IMG/VR virus record: IMGVR_UViG_3300030101_000387
Coordinates: 1 to 54,801 of that record
Source: a virus
Lineage: Duplodnaviria; Caudoviricetes
Reading direction: 5' to 3' (one strand)
Length of the DNA stretch: 54,801 bases
Shown: piece by piece, positions 19,516 through 29,250 of the stretch
How positions within the stretch are numbered: position 1 is the stretch's first letter
Layout of the letters: each line of letters opens with the position of its first letter
Notes under the pieces: model-generated
What the model saw: only the letters and a program-made list of their open reading frames with translations
What the model was told of the DNA's origin: nothing
The model's database searches: none
Position numbers and translations under genes: made by a program

Positions 19516-22500
19516 ATGAGTGATTCCTTCTTAGACTTGATGGATCAGTATGGTGTAACAAAAGATGATATTCTTGCGCCTAATGTTATTGATCCTCCAA
19601 GCATAGAACAAATAGATCCTGTACCTGTAAACAGTGAGAGTGAACTTGTTGATACAGGAGCTAAATTAAAAAAGAAAGACTTGTATGAGGCTTCTAACTT
19701 AAGAACCATACGTAGGTACATGGTGTCTCGCAGAGGCATACAGTATAATGATAAAAGTGACGAAGATGTTGTAGAAGATTTTATGGATCATATGCGTAGC
19801 TTCAACACCAACATCATAAACACAGGTGGTGAAGTAAGGCACATTACAAACGCTAGTCAACAAGATAAAGCCTTAGCAGGAGATGCTTACAAGTTATACG
19901 ACAGGCTAGGCAATGTGTTTGTAAATGATGGTTTCTTCGGTGCGGTAGACGGTGTGTTTGACTATATTCAAGCTGCAGCTACAGATCCTTCCAACTATAT
20001 TGGTCTACTTACTGGTGGTTTAGGTAAGGCTGCATCTCTAGGTATAACACAAGGTGGTAAACAGTTAGTCAGACAAGCCGCTATAGAAGCAGGACAAAGA
20101 GCAGCCAAGTCTGGTGCAACAACACAAGGCGCTAAGAAAGCAGCAGATGAAGCAGCAGAACGTGTAGCCCAACGCATAGTAGAATCAGGTATAAAAGGTC
20201 CAGCAGCTAAGAAGTTACAAGAACGTGTAGCTCTACAAGAACAGCGTAATTTTATATATAACGCAAAGAAGAAAGCACAAAAAGAGTTCTTAGATGAAAG
20301 AGCTAAGAAAGCTGTGCGTGGTTCTTTGTTAGCTACCACAGGTATTGATGGATCACTAGCTATGTTGCACGACAACATGATACAGAATGTCATGTTAGAT
20401 GTAGGCGCACAAGAAGAGTACAGCATGCTACAGACAGGATTTAGTTCTGCTCTAGGTCTTGTAGGTGGAGGCGCTCAACTTGTAGGCGGTAAACTAAAAG
20501 GCGTAAGTGGACTCAAAGACACCAAAGGTAAACTTATTGCAGGTAAACGTAAGGCAGAGCTGGAAGCCGACATCGAAGGTAAGCTTTTAGTTCCACTATC
20601 TGATAAGTCTATGAAGAAGTTTACGACTGATGTAAATAAAGCATTGGACTCTTGGGAACAAAAGTGGAAGCGTGGTGATAATATGTTTCAGGCAGGTGTC
20701 ATGCCTGCAGAGTTCTTGGATACTATTATGCGTGGCGAGAATGGCAAGGGTGGCATAGCTAAGATATACTTAGATGAAGTAGGCAAACCTCTGCCTAAGA
20801 ATGTGCGTGTCACAGACGTAATGACCAACACACTAAGACAAATGCCTCAAGACGAACTGCAAGCTATATCTAAGCGTATGCAACCTTTAGTTGGTTACAC
20901 CCTTGGTGACACGACAGAAATAGCACAAGAGATAGGTGATTACATTGCCTCTAATGTTCGTAGAGGTATGACTTATGGTGCAGTGATGTCAGCTACACGT
21001 AGGACAGTAGATGCAGGTCTTATAGCTGGTCACAATGCTATGATTAATTTAGTTCGTAATCCACAGCTAAAAGAAAAAATGGAAGAGGAAATATTAAAGG
21101 CTACAGGGCAAACTAAACGTCCTAAGATAGGAGCTTACACACAGAGTGTGTGGCGTAGGTTGCTTATTTCCTCACCTGCCACAACAGGCTTAAACATTGC
21201 AGGTTTTTCACAGTTCTATATTGGTTCTACACTTGCTGATGTAGCGACAGGCAATATGTATATACTTGGTGGTTTAGCCACAGGTGGTAAGTTTACTAAG
21301 ACAGGTTCAGAATTACTACGTAAAGGTAAAGTGTTTCATCAGATACAAGCACAAAAGATGCGTAACTTAATGGACCCATACACTACTCATGATTCTTACA
21401 TGGACTTCTTATCTCAGAATAGAGACATAGAGAAAGTTTTGTTTGAGAGTGTTACTGGTGGTATTGAAAGATCAGGTAAACGTTTTGATATTAATCCTGA
21501 TGCTAAGTGGTTCAAAGGCGTAGAGGCTGTAGCTAACGGTGCTAACCGTCTAACAGGTGTGCGAGTACAAGATACGTTTACTAAGTCTCAGATGTTTATG
21601 ACTGAGTTAGATAAAAGAATTAGACTGAAGCATAAAGATAGAACCTTAAAAGATGTACTTAACTCAGGAGATATTGATCTAATAGATGACAGCGTAGTTG
21701 GCGGTGCTATCGACACTACGCTAAAATCTGTGTTCTCAAAAGATTACACGACAGATGATCAGCTTCTAAGAGGTGCAGCTGTAATAGCGGAAAGAATATC
21801 TAACATACCGTTGTTTGGTACAATACTTCCTTTCGGTAGATTCTTTAACAATGTAGTTGCTACCTCTTATCAATGGTCTGTAGGCGGTGGTGTGCAGCTT
21901 ATGTCTGCTATAGCTAAGTCGGAAAAACGTAATGTTGAAACTTTAGAAGCTGCATCACGTAGTCTTGTAGGTATAACCGCTATAAGTTTGGCAATGAATT
22001 ATGACAGAGAGAGAAGCGAGAAAGGCTTAGACGTATTTGAAATTGAAGGAACTGGCGGTGCGATCATAGATGCTCGTAACACGTTTCCTTTTTCACTGTG
22101 GTTAGCGGCTGGACGCATTGGTAGATTAATGGAAGATGGAGAGACTGTACCAAAAGAACTTATGATTAAGTTTGGTGAACAGGTAGCCGTAGGGCAACTT
22201 GCTACGGACTTACAGTTTGGTAACGATGTTACTCGAATCATTGATACTTTGGTAAATCAAGATGTAGATTTACGCCAGGCTTCATTTAAAGAAATCGGAA
22301 AGTTTGCAGGTAACTATGCTGCAGGTTTTACCAGACCTCTTGATGCAGTAAACAAACTTACTGGGTTTGTCACCGACACAGACGCAGCAAGAGATATACG
22401 CCAAGCTGAAACAGGCGGTCAGATGTTTACACAGGGTGCAACAAGATACTTTGATAACGTTATAGAAGCTATCACAGACAGAGCAGAAACAGTTTCTGGA

Positions 22501-23025
22501 GAAGAATTAAGGGTTGCAAGTAGACAAGGTAAGATACAGGATGCTAATCCTATGGCTCGAATCTTTGGTATCACTGTTAAACCTGCACGTACATCTACAG
22601 AACAAGCATATTCAATGGCTAACATGCAAGATTGGACAGCCAGTGAACGAACAAGTATGGCTGCTTACGATACCATCTTTAATGAAGCTATAGCTCCTGA
22701 ATTAGAACGTGCCACAGATAATTTATTAAGAGACAAGAAGTTCCTTAATGCTGATCTTGTAGGTAAACGTGCTATGTTGAAGTCTATTGTATCAGAAATT
22801 AAGAAAGATCTACGTGTTGTTCTTAAGAAGTACGGAACTGATGAAACTAAACTAGGCGCAATGAGAGCTAAAGCAACAGAGCATGGTAACAAAGAGCTAC
22901 GCAGCAAAGCTATGAAAACAATGAAAGAGAGATATGGATTTGAAGGTGGTGTGCGTGACATGACTATCACAGAGTTACACTATTTCATGGACTACATAGA
23001 TTACTTGAAAGAGTATTACAAATAA
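19516..23025 (+). CDS. large internal virion (ejection) protein
   Basis: 1169 aa, last gene of the structural arm, Gly/Ala-rich hydrophobic segments, PFGRFFNN motif. Confidence 0.65.
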   Translation: MSDSFLDLMDQYGVTKDDILAPNVIDPPSIEQIDPVPVNSESELVDTGAKLKKKDLYEASNLRTIRRYMVSRRGIQYNDKSDEDVVEDFMDHMRSFNTNIINTGGEVRHITNASQQDKALAGDAYKLYDRLGNVFVNDGFFGAVDGVFDYIQAAATDPSNYIGLLTGGLGKAASLGITQGGKQLVRQAAIEAGQRAAKSGATTQGAKKAADEAAERVAQRIVESGIKGPAAKKLQERVALQEQRNFIYNAKKKAQKEFLDERAKKAVRGSLLATTGIDGSLAMLHDNMIQNVMLDVGAQEEYSMLQTGFSSALGLVGGGAQLVGGKLKGVSGLKDTKGKLIAGKRKAELEADIEGKLLVPLSDKSMKKFTTDVNKALDSWEQKWKRGDNMFQAGVMPAEFLDTIMRGENGKGGIAKIYLDEVGKPLPKNVRVTDVMTNTLRQMPQDELQAISKRMQPLVGYTLGDTTEIAQEIGDYIASNVRRGMTYGAVMSATRRTVDAGLIAGHNAMINLVRNPQLKEKMEEEILKATGQTKRPKIGAYTQSVWRRLLISSPATTGLNIAGFSQFYIGSTLADVATGNMYILGGLATGGKFTKTGSELLRKGKVFHQIQAQKMRNLMDPYTTHDSYMDFLSQNRDIEKVLFESVTGGIERSGKRFDINPDAKWFKGVEAVANGANRLTGVRVQDTFTKSQMFMTELDKRIRLKHKDRTLKDVLNSGDIDLIDDSVVGGAIDTTLKSVFSKDYTTDDQLLRGAAVIAERISNIPLFGTILPFGRFFNNVVATSYQWSVGGGVQLMSAIAKSEKRNVETLEAASRSLVGITAISLAMNYDRERSEKGLDVFEIEGTGGAIIDARNTFPFSLWLAAGRIGRLMEDGETVPKELMIKFGEQVAVGQLATDLQFGNDVTRIIDTLVNQDVDLRQASFKEIGKFAGNYAAGFTRPLDAVNKLTGFVTDTDAARDIRQAETGGQMFTQGATRYFDNVIEAITDRAETVSGEELRVASRQGKIQDANPMARIFGITVKPARTSTEQAYSMANMQDWTASERTSMAAYDTIFNEAIAPELERATDNLLRDKKFLNADLVGKRAMLKSIVSEIKKDLRVVLKKYGTDETKLGAMRAKATEHGNKELRSKAMKTMKERYGFEGGVRDMTITELHYFMDYIDYLKEYYK

Positions 23026-23027
23026 AT

Positions 23028-23056
23028 AGGGGCGCATTTAGCGCCCTTACTTTTTT
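23028..23056. terminator. intrinsic terminator at the convergence of the two arms, probably bidirectional
   Basis: GGGCGC-attta-GCGCCC hairpin followed by TTACTTTTTT and preceded by an A-rich tract. Confidence 0.85.
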
Positions 23057-23253
23057 ATACCATTGAGTTTTGAACTACGTTCTGCCCACATCTGCACAGC
23101 AATTAAATGTTTTCTGGCCTCTGTGGTTTCTGTAGTGTGGTACAAATTATCTGTTATAAAATTATCCAACGATTCTACACGTTGCTTAACTCCCTCTTTA
23201 AAATTATCTTGTCTCCTAGATACAAAGTCTTTCGCTTCCTTTTCTAGGCTCAT
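23047..23253 (-). CDS. hypothetical protein
   Basis: MSLEKEAKDF... with GGAGG-like SD upstream. Confidence 0.6.
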   Translation of the reverse strand: MSLEKEAKDFVSRRQDNFKEGVKQRVESLDNFITDNLYHTTETTEARKHLIAVQMWAERSSKLNGIKK

Positions 23254-23258
23254 TATTT

Positions 23259-23450
23259 TTATACCTCCATAGGTATCTCTGTACAATAAGCTTGTGCATT
23301 AGATTCAAAAGTCGGTCTAGTTAACATAAGATTTTCTCTTATAATAGAAGCAGTTTCTTTACACTCTTTCATACTAGAAAAAATATAGTCCATAGCTTTT
23401 ACCTCAGAATATCCATTCCCTGTTGAGAGTATGAATATAAGCACATACAT
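23259..23450 (-). CDS. small two-cysteine protein with hydrophobic N-terminus
   Basis: 63 aa, FSSMKEC...AYC; start overlaps the upstream stop. Confidence 0.6.
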   Translation of the reverse strand: MYVLIFILSTGNGYSEVKAMDYIFSSMKECKETASIIRENLMLTRPTFESNAQAYCTEIPMEV

Positions 23451-23632
23451 TACTCTGTTGACTCTTCGATAGGATCGTCTGTGGTAACGTCTTTAATAAT
23501 TTCTACACTTTTATCATAAACAATTACACTTGTTTCCCAAGTAGCTTTAGCTACAGGTTTAGCTATATTTTCATAGCTTCCATAAATAGTTAAAGCATAC
23601 ACTACGGGTACTAATAAATTAAATAACAACAT
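23450..23632 (-). CDS. small membrane protein
   Basis: 60 aa, N-terminal TM segment, AGGAG SD. Confidence 0.55.
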   Translation of the reverse strand: MLLFNLLVPVVYALTIYGSYENIAKPVAKATWETSVIVYDKSVEIIKDVTTDDPIEESTE

Positions 23633-23677
23633 AACTGACTCCTTCTATTGTTGTTTTTTAAGATCTTAACACAGTAA

Positions 23678-24133
23678 CTAAACTATGTCTACTAGTTCAG
23701 CTTCTTGATAAGGGATGTGATAAAAGGTTTCGCCTTTTGGTATTCTATATATTGGACCCGATGCTTCCTTAATATTATTATCTACCATTTGCGAACCTTT
23801 TATTTTCCAGGCTTGAGTATAGTCTTTGTTAAAAATAAAAAAGTATAGATTGTGTATTACATTTTTATACTTCTCAACAAGCCTTCTTTTTCTACCCGGG
23901 ATTCTTATCTCTTCCCAATGTGTAGGCCAATCACCATTCCACTGTGCTTTTCTTTCAGCTTCATGGAAGTAAGTTACACCATCCTTTTCTGATACAACGT
24001 CTGCGTAGTAGTTTTCTTTTGTTCTAGTAATTGTATGACCCTCTGACTCTAAATACTTAATCAAAGCTTTTTTGGAAGGGGCATCTACTTCGTCATAAAC
24101 GTCTTTTCGGAATCGTCTAGTGTATACTTCCAT
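23678..24133 (-). CDS. hypothetical protein, possibly PD-(D/E)XK fold
   Basis: 151 aa; AD-x12-EAExK arrangement. Confidence 0.55.
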   Translation of the reverse strand: MEVYTRRFRKDVYDEVDAPSKKALIKYLESEGHTITRTKENYYADVVSEKDGVTYFHEAERKAQWNGDWPTHWEEIRIPGRKRRLVEKYKNVIHNLYFFIFNKDYTQAWKIKGSQMVDNNIKEASGPIYRIPKGETFYHIPYQEAELVDIV

Positions 24134-24144
24134 GAAGTGTTTCC

Positions 24145-26043
24145 TTAAACTATATCGACTACCTCACACACTTCCCCTGAACAGGCCATTGTCTGCATAG
24201 CAATCGTATTATCCTCTTGCTCATACTCACTGAGCCTAGACCAATTAATACTATCTGGCATAATCTTGAGAAGTTTATTGTAATCGTCTTTTGTACAATC
24301 TTGATAAGGAGCTTGTTGATAAGAGTGATCTGAGTGTGGTAAAAAAGACACACCTGACATTTCATCAAAGTGTTTATAAACAAATGCGCCTACTTCCATC
24401 CATTCATCTGCACGAACTGTTATCGTTACAGAGGGCTTATGTTCACACCAGTGTCTCTGATAAACTAGCCATGTCTCCAATTGTTCAATGGCTGTCATAT
24501 CGTTTCGAGTTACAGCTTTTTGTGGTGACTTCATTGGGAAACTAAATACTGTAGTGCTGTCAGGTTTCATAACACAAGGTGCGTTTGGTACACCTTGATC
24601 CTTCATCATCTGTGTTAAGGGGTCATTGTTATCTCCTCTCACAGTTCTGATGTAGTAACGTGAATGACGTGCATGTATACCTGATGCTGAGTCAACTAAT
24701 TGTGATACTGTTCCGCTTGGCTTGACGCAGGTAATTGCTGCACTTGGTGCAATGCCAAGGCGGTTAGCACAGTCACTATTAGTACGAACAGCAGTTTCTC
24801 GTAAATGTTCAAGGGTCTTCTCCAATCCTTTGTTAGCTGATGTCATAAGAGGGTTATCCATAATACCTGTCAAACTTACCCCTAAGAGTCTTTCTTCTTC
24901 TGTGTTTTTTGTCCAGACTTTTCTGAGGTATGGGAATTTTGTGAACGTGCTTTGGATCGTCCCAAGTATTGTGGCGTATCTGACTTTTTTATCCAGGTCT
25001 TCAATCGTGTCCGTGGCTCGTACCACAACTTCTGTAAGATTGCAGAACTGGTAAGGACGCAGTATAATTTCACTGCAAGGATTAGTTCCGAACTCATGGT
25101 TAGGATCACGTCTTTCAAATTTAGCAGCTTGTTTTTTAGATGCTTCACGATTAAAGATACCCCTCTCGCCTGACTTACTTTCTACTAATGCCAACCACTC
25201 ACGCATAAACGTTTCTGAATCTGGCTTTTCTGTATACGATACACTGTTATTAGCTAATGCCCTGTGTCCAGCTTCGTTCCACCACTGTCCTGACTTAGCG
25301 TGGCGCATTCTATCATCACTAAGGTTAGACAAACTAATCATGGCACTACGTCTAACGCCACCTACAACAACTATCTGACCAATGAAGCACATTAGATCGT
25401 GACATTCTAAACTAGAAAGCTTTCTTCCTTGAGCATCTCTGAATGTCTTAACTGTAAAGTTAAACAACTCAACCAAAGGCGCAGGTCCACTAGCTCTACC
25501 GCCAAATGTTTTTAGTCTTGCACCTGCAGGACGAACTCTAGTAACATCCCATTGTGGAATTTCACCTGCCCACAAGAGTGCCAACAATTGTCTGAACGCC
25601 TTAGCCCAGCCCTCCTTGCTGTCCTTTACCACAATGGTAGTATCACTCTCGAAGAGTTCAGGCACTTCGGGGAGCTTGCTAATAAACTGTCTCTCGACAC
25701 TGAATCCGACACCAGTTCCACAAAGGAGAATATGCATAGCTTCATCAAAGGACTTTGGGTCATCTACAGGTAAGTAACTACAGTTATACATGGCAGTGTT
25801 GTCACGTTCTGCAGCAGGTCCAGCAGTCATCATGGCTCTCATGCTAGGCATAATGTCTAACGATATAATTGCTTGTTCTATTTCATTATACGTTTGTTTA
25901 TCAATCTTATCACCAACTACATTTTCCATATATCTGTAGACTGTTTTAGGCCAAGACTCTCTGCCTTTACCATCAATGTATTTAGAGTATCGTGATTTGT
26001 GTATAAAACTTTGATAATCTGTTGGTAAGTAATTACTATTCAT
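24145..26043 (-). CDS. nrdJ: class II (adenosylcobalamin-dependent) ribonucleotide reductase
   Basis: PSMRAM, YNCSY, VGGVRRSA, GTNPCSEI, FCNLTEV, CVKPSGT and C-terminal CSGEVC redox pair; no beta-subunit gene nearby. Confidence 0.93.
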   Translation of the reverse strand: MNSNYLPTDYQSFIHKSRYSKYIDGKGRESWPKTVYRYMENVVGDKIDKQTYNEIEQAIISLDIMPSMRAMMTAGPAAERDNTAMYNCSYLPVDDPKSFDEAMHILLCGTGVGFSVERQFISKLPEVPELFESDTTIVVKDSKEGWAKAFRQLLALLWAGEIPQWDVTRVRPAGARLKTFGGRASGPAPLVELFNFTVKTFRDAQGRKLSSLECHDLMCFIGQIVVVGGVRRSAMISLSNLSDDRMRHAKSGQWWNEAGHRALANNSVSYTEKPDSETFMREWLALVESKSGERGIFNREASKKQAAKFERRDPNHEFGTNPCSEIILRPYQFCNLTEVVVRATDTIEDLDKKVRYATILGTIQSTFTKFPYLRKVWTKNTEEERLLGVSLTGIMDNPLMTSANKGLEKTLEHLRETAVRTNSDCANRLGIAPSAAITCVKPSGTVSQLVDSASGIHARHSRYYIRTVRGDNNDPLTQMMKDQGVPNAPCVMKPDSTTVFSFPMKSPQKAVTRNDMTAIEQLETWLVYQRHWCEHKPSVTITVRADEWMEVGAFVYKHFDEMSGVSFLPHSDHSYQQAPYQDCTKDDYNKLLKIMPDSINWSRLSEYEQEDNTIAMQTMACSGEVCEVVDIV

Positions 26044-26201
26044 ATTTTTTTCACCTCTATTTTTTTAATCACTGCGCTGTCTATGTCGTAGATTATGTCG
26101 TGAAATAATTCAGCAACAGCCTCCTCGTGCATTTCTTCAACAATAGGAAGTATGTATTCTTTTTCATCTATCTCTATTGTCATTATTATTTTGAACTTCA
26201 T
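26040..26201 (-). CDS. small acidic hypothetical protein (53 aa, below ORF-track cutoff)
   Basis: MKFKIIMTIEIDEKEYILP...; ATGA overlaps with both neighbours. Confidence 0.7.
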   Translation of the reverse strand: MKFKIIMTIEIDEKEYILPIVEEMHEEAVAELFHDIIYDIDSAVIKKIEVKKI

Positions 26202-26554
26202 CTTTTATCGCCACTGCCCTTAATGGTTCCTCTCTCCATACGGCTGTGAAGTTTATCTAAATTACATCTAGCTATATATCCCATATCAAAGTTCAGATCA
26301 CGGCATAAAGCTGAGATGTACCAGAGGCAGTCACCCACCTCTGCAGCTACATCTTCCCTGTCAAACTTCCCATCCCTTAACATCTTCTTTACTTTGTTGG
26401 CTACTTCACCTGCTTCACCTGCGAGTCCTAACGCAGGGTAAACTATTTTGTGTTCATCAGGATATATGGCAGTCTTACGTGCCTCTATCTGATAATCACC
26501 GAATGTCATTTCATACATATCTTTCCAAGCATTTATATCATCTGCTGTTATCAT
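26198..26554 (-). CDS. mazG: MazG-like nucleoside triphosphate pyrophosphohydrolase
   Basis: YPALGLAGEAGEVANKVKK...EVGDCLWY...N..KL..R..RG...GSGD.R. Confidence 0.92.
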   Translation of the reverse strand: MITADDINAWKDMYEMTFGDYQIEARKTAIYPDEHKIVYPALGLAGEAGEVANKVKKMLRDGKFDREDVAAEVGDCLWYISALCRDLNFDMGYIARCNLDKLHSRMERGTIKGSGDKR

Positions 26555-26817
26555 TTATGCATCTCCTTGTAACGCTCTTCTAGCCTATCAAGATACCACT
26601 TTGCTTTTCTTATATCTTCTAAGCCATTCTTATACTCATGCCGCCAAAGATACTTTAACACATTAGCAGCGTGTGGCGCTGTAGCTCCTGACATATTTTC
26701 TGTCATTGCTTCTATAGCTTCGATGCACTCTATACCACTGTGATTGTAATGCACTGGATTGTTTACTTGATCGTGATCTAAAGTTGTATCACTAGTTAAT
26801 GTTATTGTGTCTATCAT
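26551..26817 (-). CDS. DUF3310 (SaV-like) protein
   Basis: VNNPVHY...IECIEAI...NVLKYLWR..YKNG.ED..KAKWYL. Confidence 0.85.
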   Translation of the reverse strand: MIDTITLTSDTTLDHDQVNNPVHYNHSGIECIEAIEAMTENMSGATAPHAANVLKYLWRHEYKNGLEDIRKAKWYLDRLEERYKEMHK

Positions 26818-27152
26818 GCGCTCCCCTTTGTCTTTGTCCATATATCTAATGTATAAACGTTACCGTCTTTACTTACAACAGGTTTGTCTTCTTCCTCACT
26901 ATGTAAACCCAGTAAATAATTTCTGTGATCCTCAACTAAATCGTATATTTCTGGATTATCTGTAGCCACATCTAAAAATGCTGACATCATTGTAGCTATA
27001 CTTATAATTCTAGTCATAACTTTTTGAGGTATTTCATTGTCAGGAGAGATTACTAGCCCTACGTTTATGTCTCCACCCCACTCGTCAGGATCTTCATAAT
27101 CCATAGGACTTATAACTATCGCTATTTCATCGTCTCTTAAATCATGGCCCAT
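26814..27152 (-). CDS. hypothetical protein
   Basis: 112 aa, coupled to neighbours; C-terminal GNVY.L..WTKT.GSA. Confidence 0.7.
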   Translation of the reverse strand: MGHDLRDDEIAIVISPMDYEDPDEWGGDINVGLVISPDNEIPQKVMTRIISIATMMSAFLDVATDNPEIYDLVEDHRNYLLGLHSEEEDKPVVSKDGNVYTLDIWTKTKGSA

Positions 27153-27571
27153 TAGCTTTTCCCTTTTGCTTTTAGCTTTATGCGTTTAATTTTAATTTCT
27201 TTACCTGTTTCTTTCAGCCACGCTTCAGGTATAACACGATGCGCCCACTTAAAGCTATGTTTATCACACCAATCATAATATCTAGATTTAGAACCCTTAT
27301 ACAGCTTTGAATTACAATTACTAAATACAAAACGTATGTCTAGCTCTGGGTGCTGCCTCTGTATTTCACGATGCTTGTACCTATCGGCAACACTAAAGAT
27401 ACCCTTTGCTTCAATTATAATACCATTGTCTAAGATAAAATCAGGAGTGTAAGTACGATAACGTAGATCCTCCCATTCTATCTTGAGTACTTCATATCTA
27501 ACTTTTGCTTGTTTCTTTTTTAGATACGAAGCGATATTTTTTTCTAGACCACTACGGTATCTTACAGCCAT
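27152..27571 (-). CDS. endonuclease I (T7 gp3-like Holliday junction resolvase)
   Basis: YRSGLE, YTPDF.L.NG.IIEAKG.F, HPELDIRFVF. Confidence 0.92.
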   Translation of the reverse strand: MAVRYRSGLEKNIASYLKKKQAKVRYEVLKIEWEDLRYRTYTPDFILDNGIIIEAKGIFSVADRYKHREIQRQHPELDIRFVFSNCNSKLYKGSKSRYYDWCDKHSFKWAHRVIPEAWLKETGKEIKIKRIKLKAKGKS

Positions 27572-28332
27572 TTAGGTAAATCAATAACGCTGTAGTTACC
27601 CCACCCTGTTCCATAGTCTAAAGAAAGATCAGCAAAAGCTATTTGATCTAGTGTATCATGCATACGATTTTTAGCGTTATTCAAGAGGTCTGAACTGACT
27701 ACATGCATGTGTGAAACATAAGGACTGGATTTTTCACAAGCTATAAAAGAAAACTCTTTGACTTCAATACCTGCTAATTCTATTACGTATTTGTAAAACG
27801 CTGCCTGAATATCGTATGCATATTTAAAACACTCTTTAGAAAAACCTGCAGGAGAAGCGTCTATAGTTGTCTTAACGTCATAGACTGCACCCTCTTTGGT
27901 TATCATGAGGTCAGGTCTTGTCTTTAACTCTAGTCCTGATCTAGGACATCTTTCAAAAATACTAACTTCGTTAACTCTATCTTTGTGTCTGAGTGCTTTA
28001 CCACATTTGTTATTTTCTAAAGCAGACTTAGCCATCTTGTGTGCCATGTAGTATTCTACTTCAGTAAGAAGAATCTGATCTTCCTGTAGTTCTTTTTCTA
28101 GCTCTTTAAAGGATTTAGATGTTTTAGTTTTTGGACCCTTTACAACTAAGTCCTTATCTTCTTCTAAGAGTAATGCATGAACTGCACTACCTAAATTAAA
28201 AGCTGAGGATTGTTTTTGCTTTTGTCCTCTCCAATGTGCTAGTGATTTTTTATATACTGTCTTGACTGCCGAAGAGGAGATACCACTCATTGAATGATAC
28301 CTCGTATTCGATAAGTCTTTGATTATGCCCAT
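27562..28332 (-). CDS. exonuclease VIII/RecE-like PD-(D/E)XK nuclease
   Basis: YH...GISSS, GSAVHALLLE, K.RPD...DVKTT, Y..QAAFY. Confidence 0.85.
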   Translation of the reverse strand: MGIIKDLSNTRYHSMSGISSSAVKTVYKKSLAHWRGQKQKQSSAFNLGSAVHALLLEEDKDLVVKGPKTKTSKSFKELEKELQEDQILLTEVEYYMAHKMAKSALENNKCGKALRHKDRVNEVSIFERCPRSGLELKTRPDLMITKEGAVYDVKTTIDASPAGFSKECFKYAYDIQAAFYKYVIELAGIEVKEFSFIACEKSSPYVSHMHVVSSDLLNNAKNRMHDTLDQIAFADLSLDYGTGWGNYSVIDLPKWL

Positions 28333-29189
28333 TAATCTTCTTCTTCGACATTTACAAATTCAGCAACTAGTGCAGCTTCCTCTTCAGTTACTGAGTCTTT
28401 ATTTTTTTCTTCCCACTGATCTAAAATCTGTGCGTTTTCATTCGTAATGTACTCTAAGAAGTTACTTAGTATTTCCTGATCAGTATGATCAAGCTCAACC
28501 CTTTCTTTAGCATCAAACGTCATAACGTAATAAGTTTCTCCACCTGGCTCTGCCCCAAAGGTAAGAGTGTGTTGTATGGGCAGGATGTTTTTTCTTGATA
28601 AAGCGTTTACCGCAAGATCAAGACGTTTAATACTTGAAGGTGCAATCTCCATAAAGAAAGCGACAGGATCTTTGATGGCGTCTATTTTATTTCCTTGCTC
28701 ATCAACAACCTCTGAGGCGGTCAATATACCAAAGATAATTTTCTTTCTTTTAATGTTTCTAATTATTTCTTTAGTTTTTTCAGGAACAGAATCCCAATCT
28801 TTAATGTAGCCTGATGGTCTACCTAAATTAAATGTACCCATGTTATCTTTAAGGTCACCCTTGAGGTCTGTAGCCATGACGCTCTTCATCATGAAGTCTT
28901 CATCACTATTCCATTTTTTGTATTGCTGTCGAATAGCAAAGATCCTTACTGTAGGATTTGATAAAAATATTTCTTCGTCATTTTGCGTAAGGACATAAGA
29001 ACCTGCAGAAACCACTTCCGTTTTCATAGCCTTACCGTCAACTTCGATCTCACCCATGATACCTTTGTGCATCAAGTTAAGTCTAGCTAAGTTCGATGTT
29101 CGTCTTTCTACTCCGTCAGAATTTGTTACGCCTACCGCTTCTGCGAGAGACATGCCCAGATCTTTTTGCATTGCTAATTCTGTACTCAT
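28332..29189 (-). CDS. putative single-stranded DNA-binding/annealing protein
   Basis: Lies between polymerase and exonuclease; acidic C-terminal tail; own promoter upstream. Confidence 0.55.
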   Translation of the reverse strand: MSTELAMQKDLGMSLAEAVGVTNSDGVERRTSNLARLNLMHKGIMGEIEVDGKAMKTEVVSAGSYVLTQNDEEIFLSNPTVRIFAIRQQYKKWNSDEDFMMKSVMATDLKGDLKDNMGTFNLGRPSGYIKDWDSVPEKTKEIIRNIKRKKIIFGILTASEVVDEQGNKIDAIKDPVAFFMEIAPSSIKRLDLAVNALSRKNILPIQHTLTFGAEPGGETYYVMTFDAKERVELDHTDQEILSNFLEYITNENAQILDQWEEKNKDSVTEEEAALVAEFVNVEEED

Positions 29190-29220
29190 TTTTTTCACTT
29201 CCTTCAAAGTTAAAGATGGT

Positions 29221-29250
29221 TAGTTATACTCTAAACGTCTATTGTGTCAA
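29221..29250 (-). promoter_or_regulatory. promoter TTGACA-N16-TATAACT
   Basis: Minus strand TTGACA caatagacgtttagag TATAACTA, overlapping the polymerase stop. Confidence 0.65.

Noticed and set aside
2482-22970. Many long minus-strand ORFs (for example 2815-3498, 8407-8931, 18762-19463)
   Set aside because: Antisense shadows of plus-strand structural genes caused by codon bias; no SD or recognisable motifs
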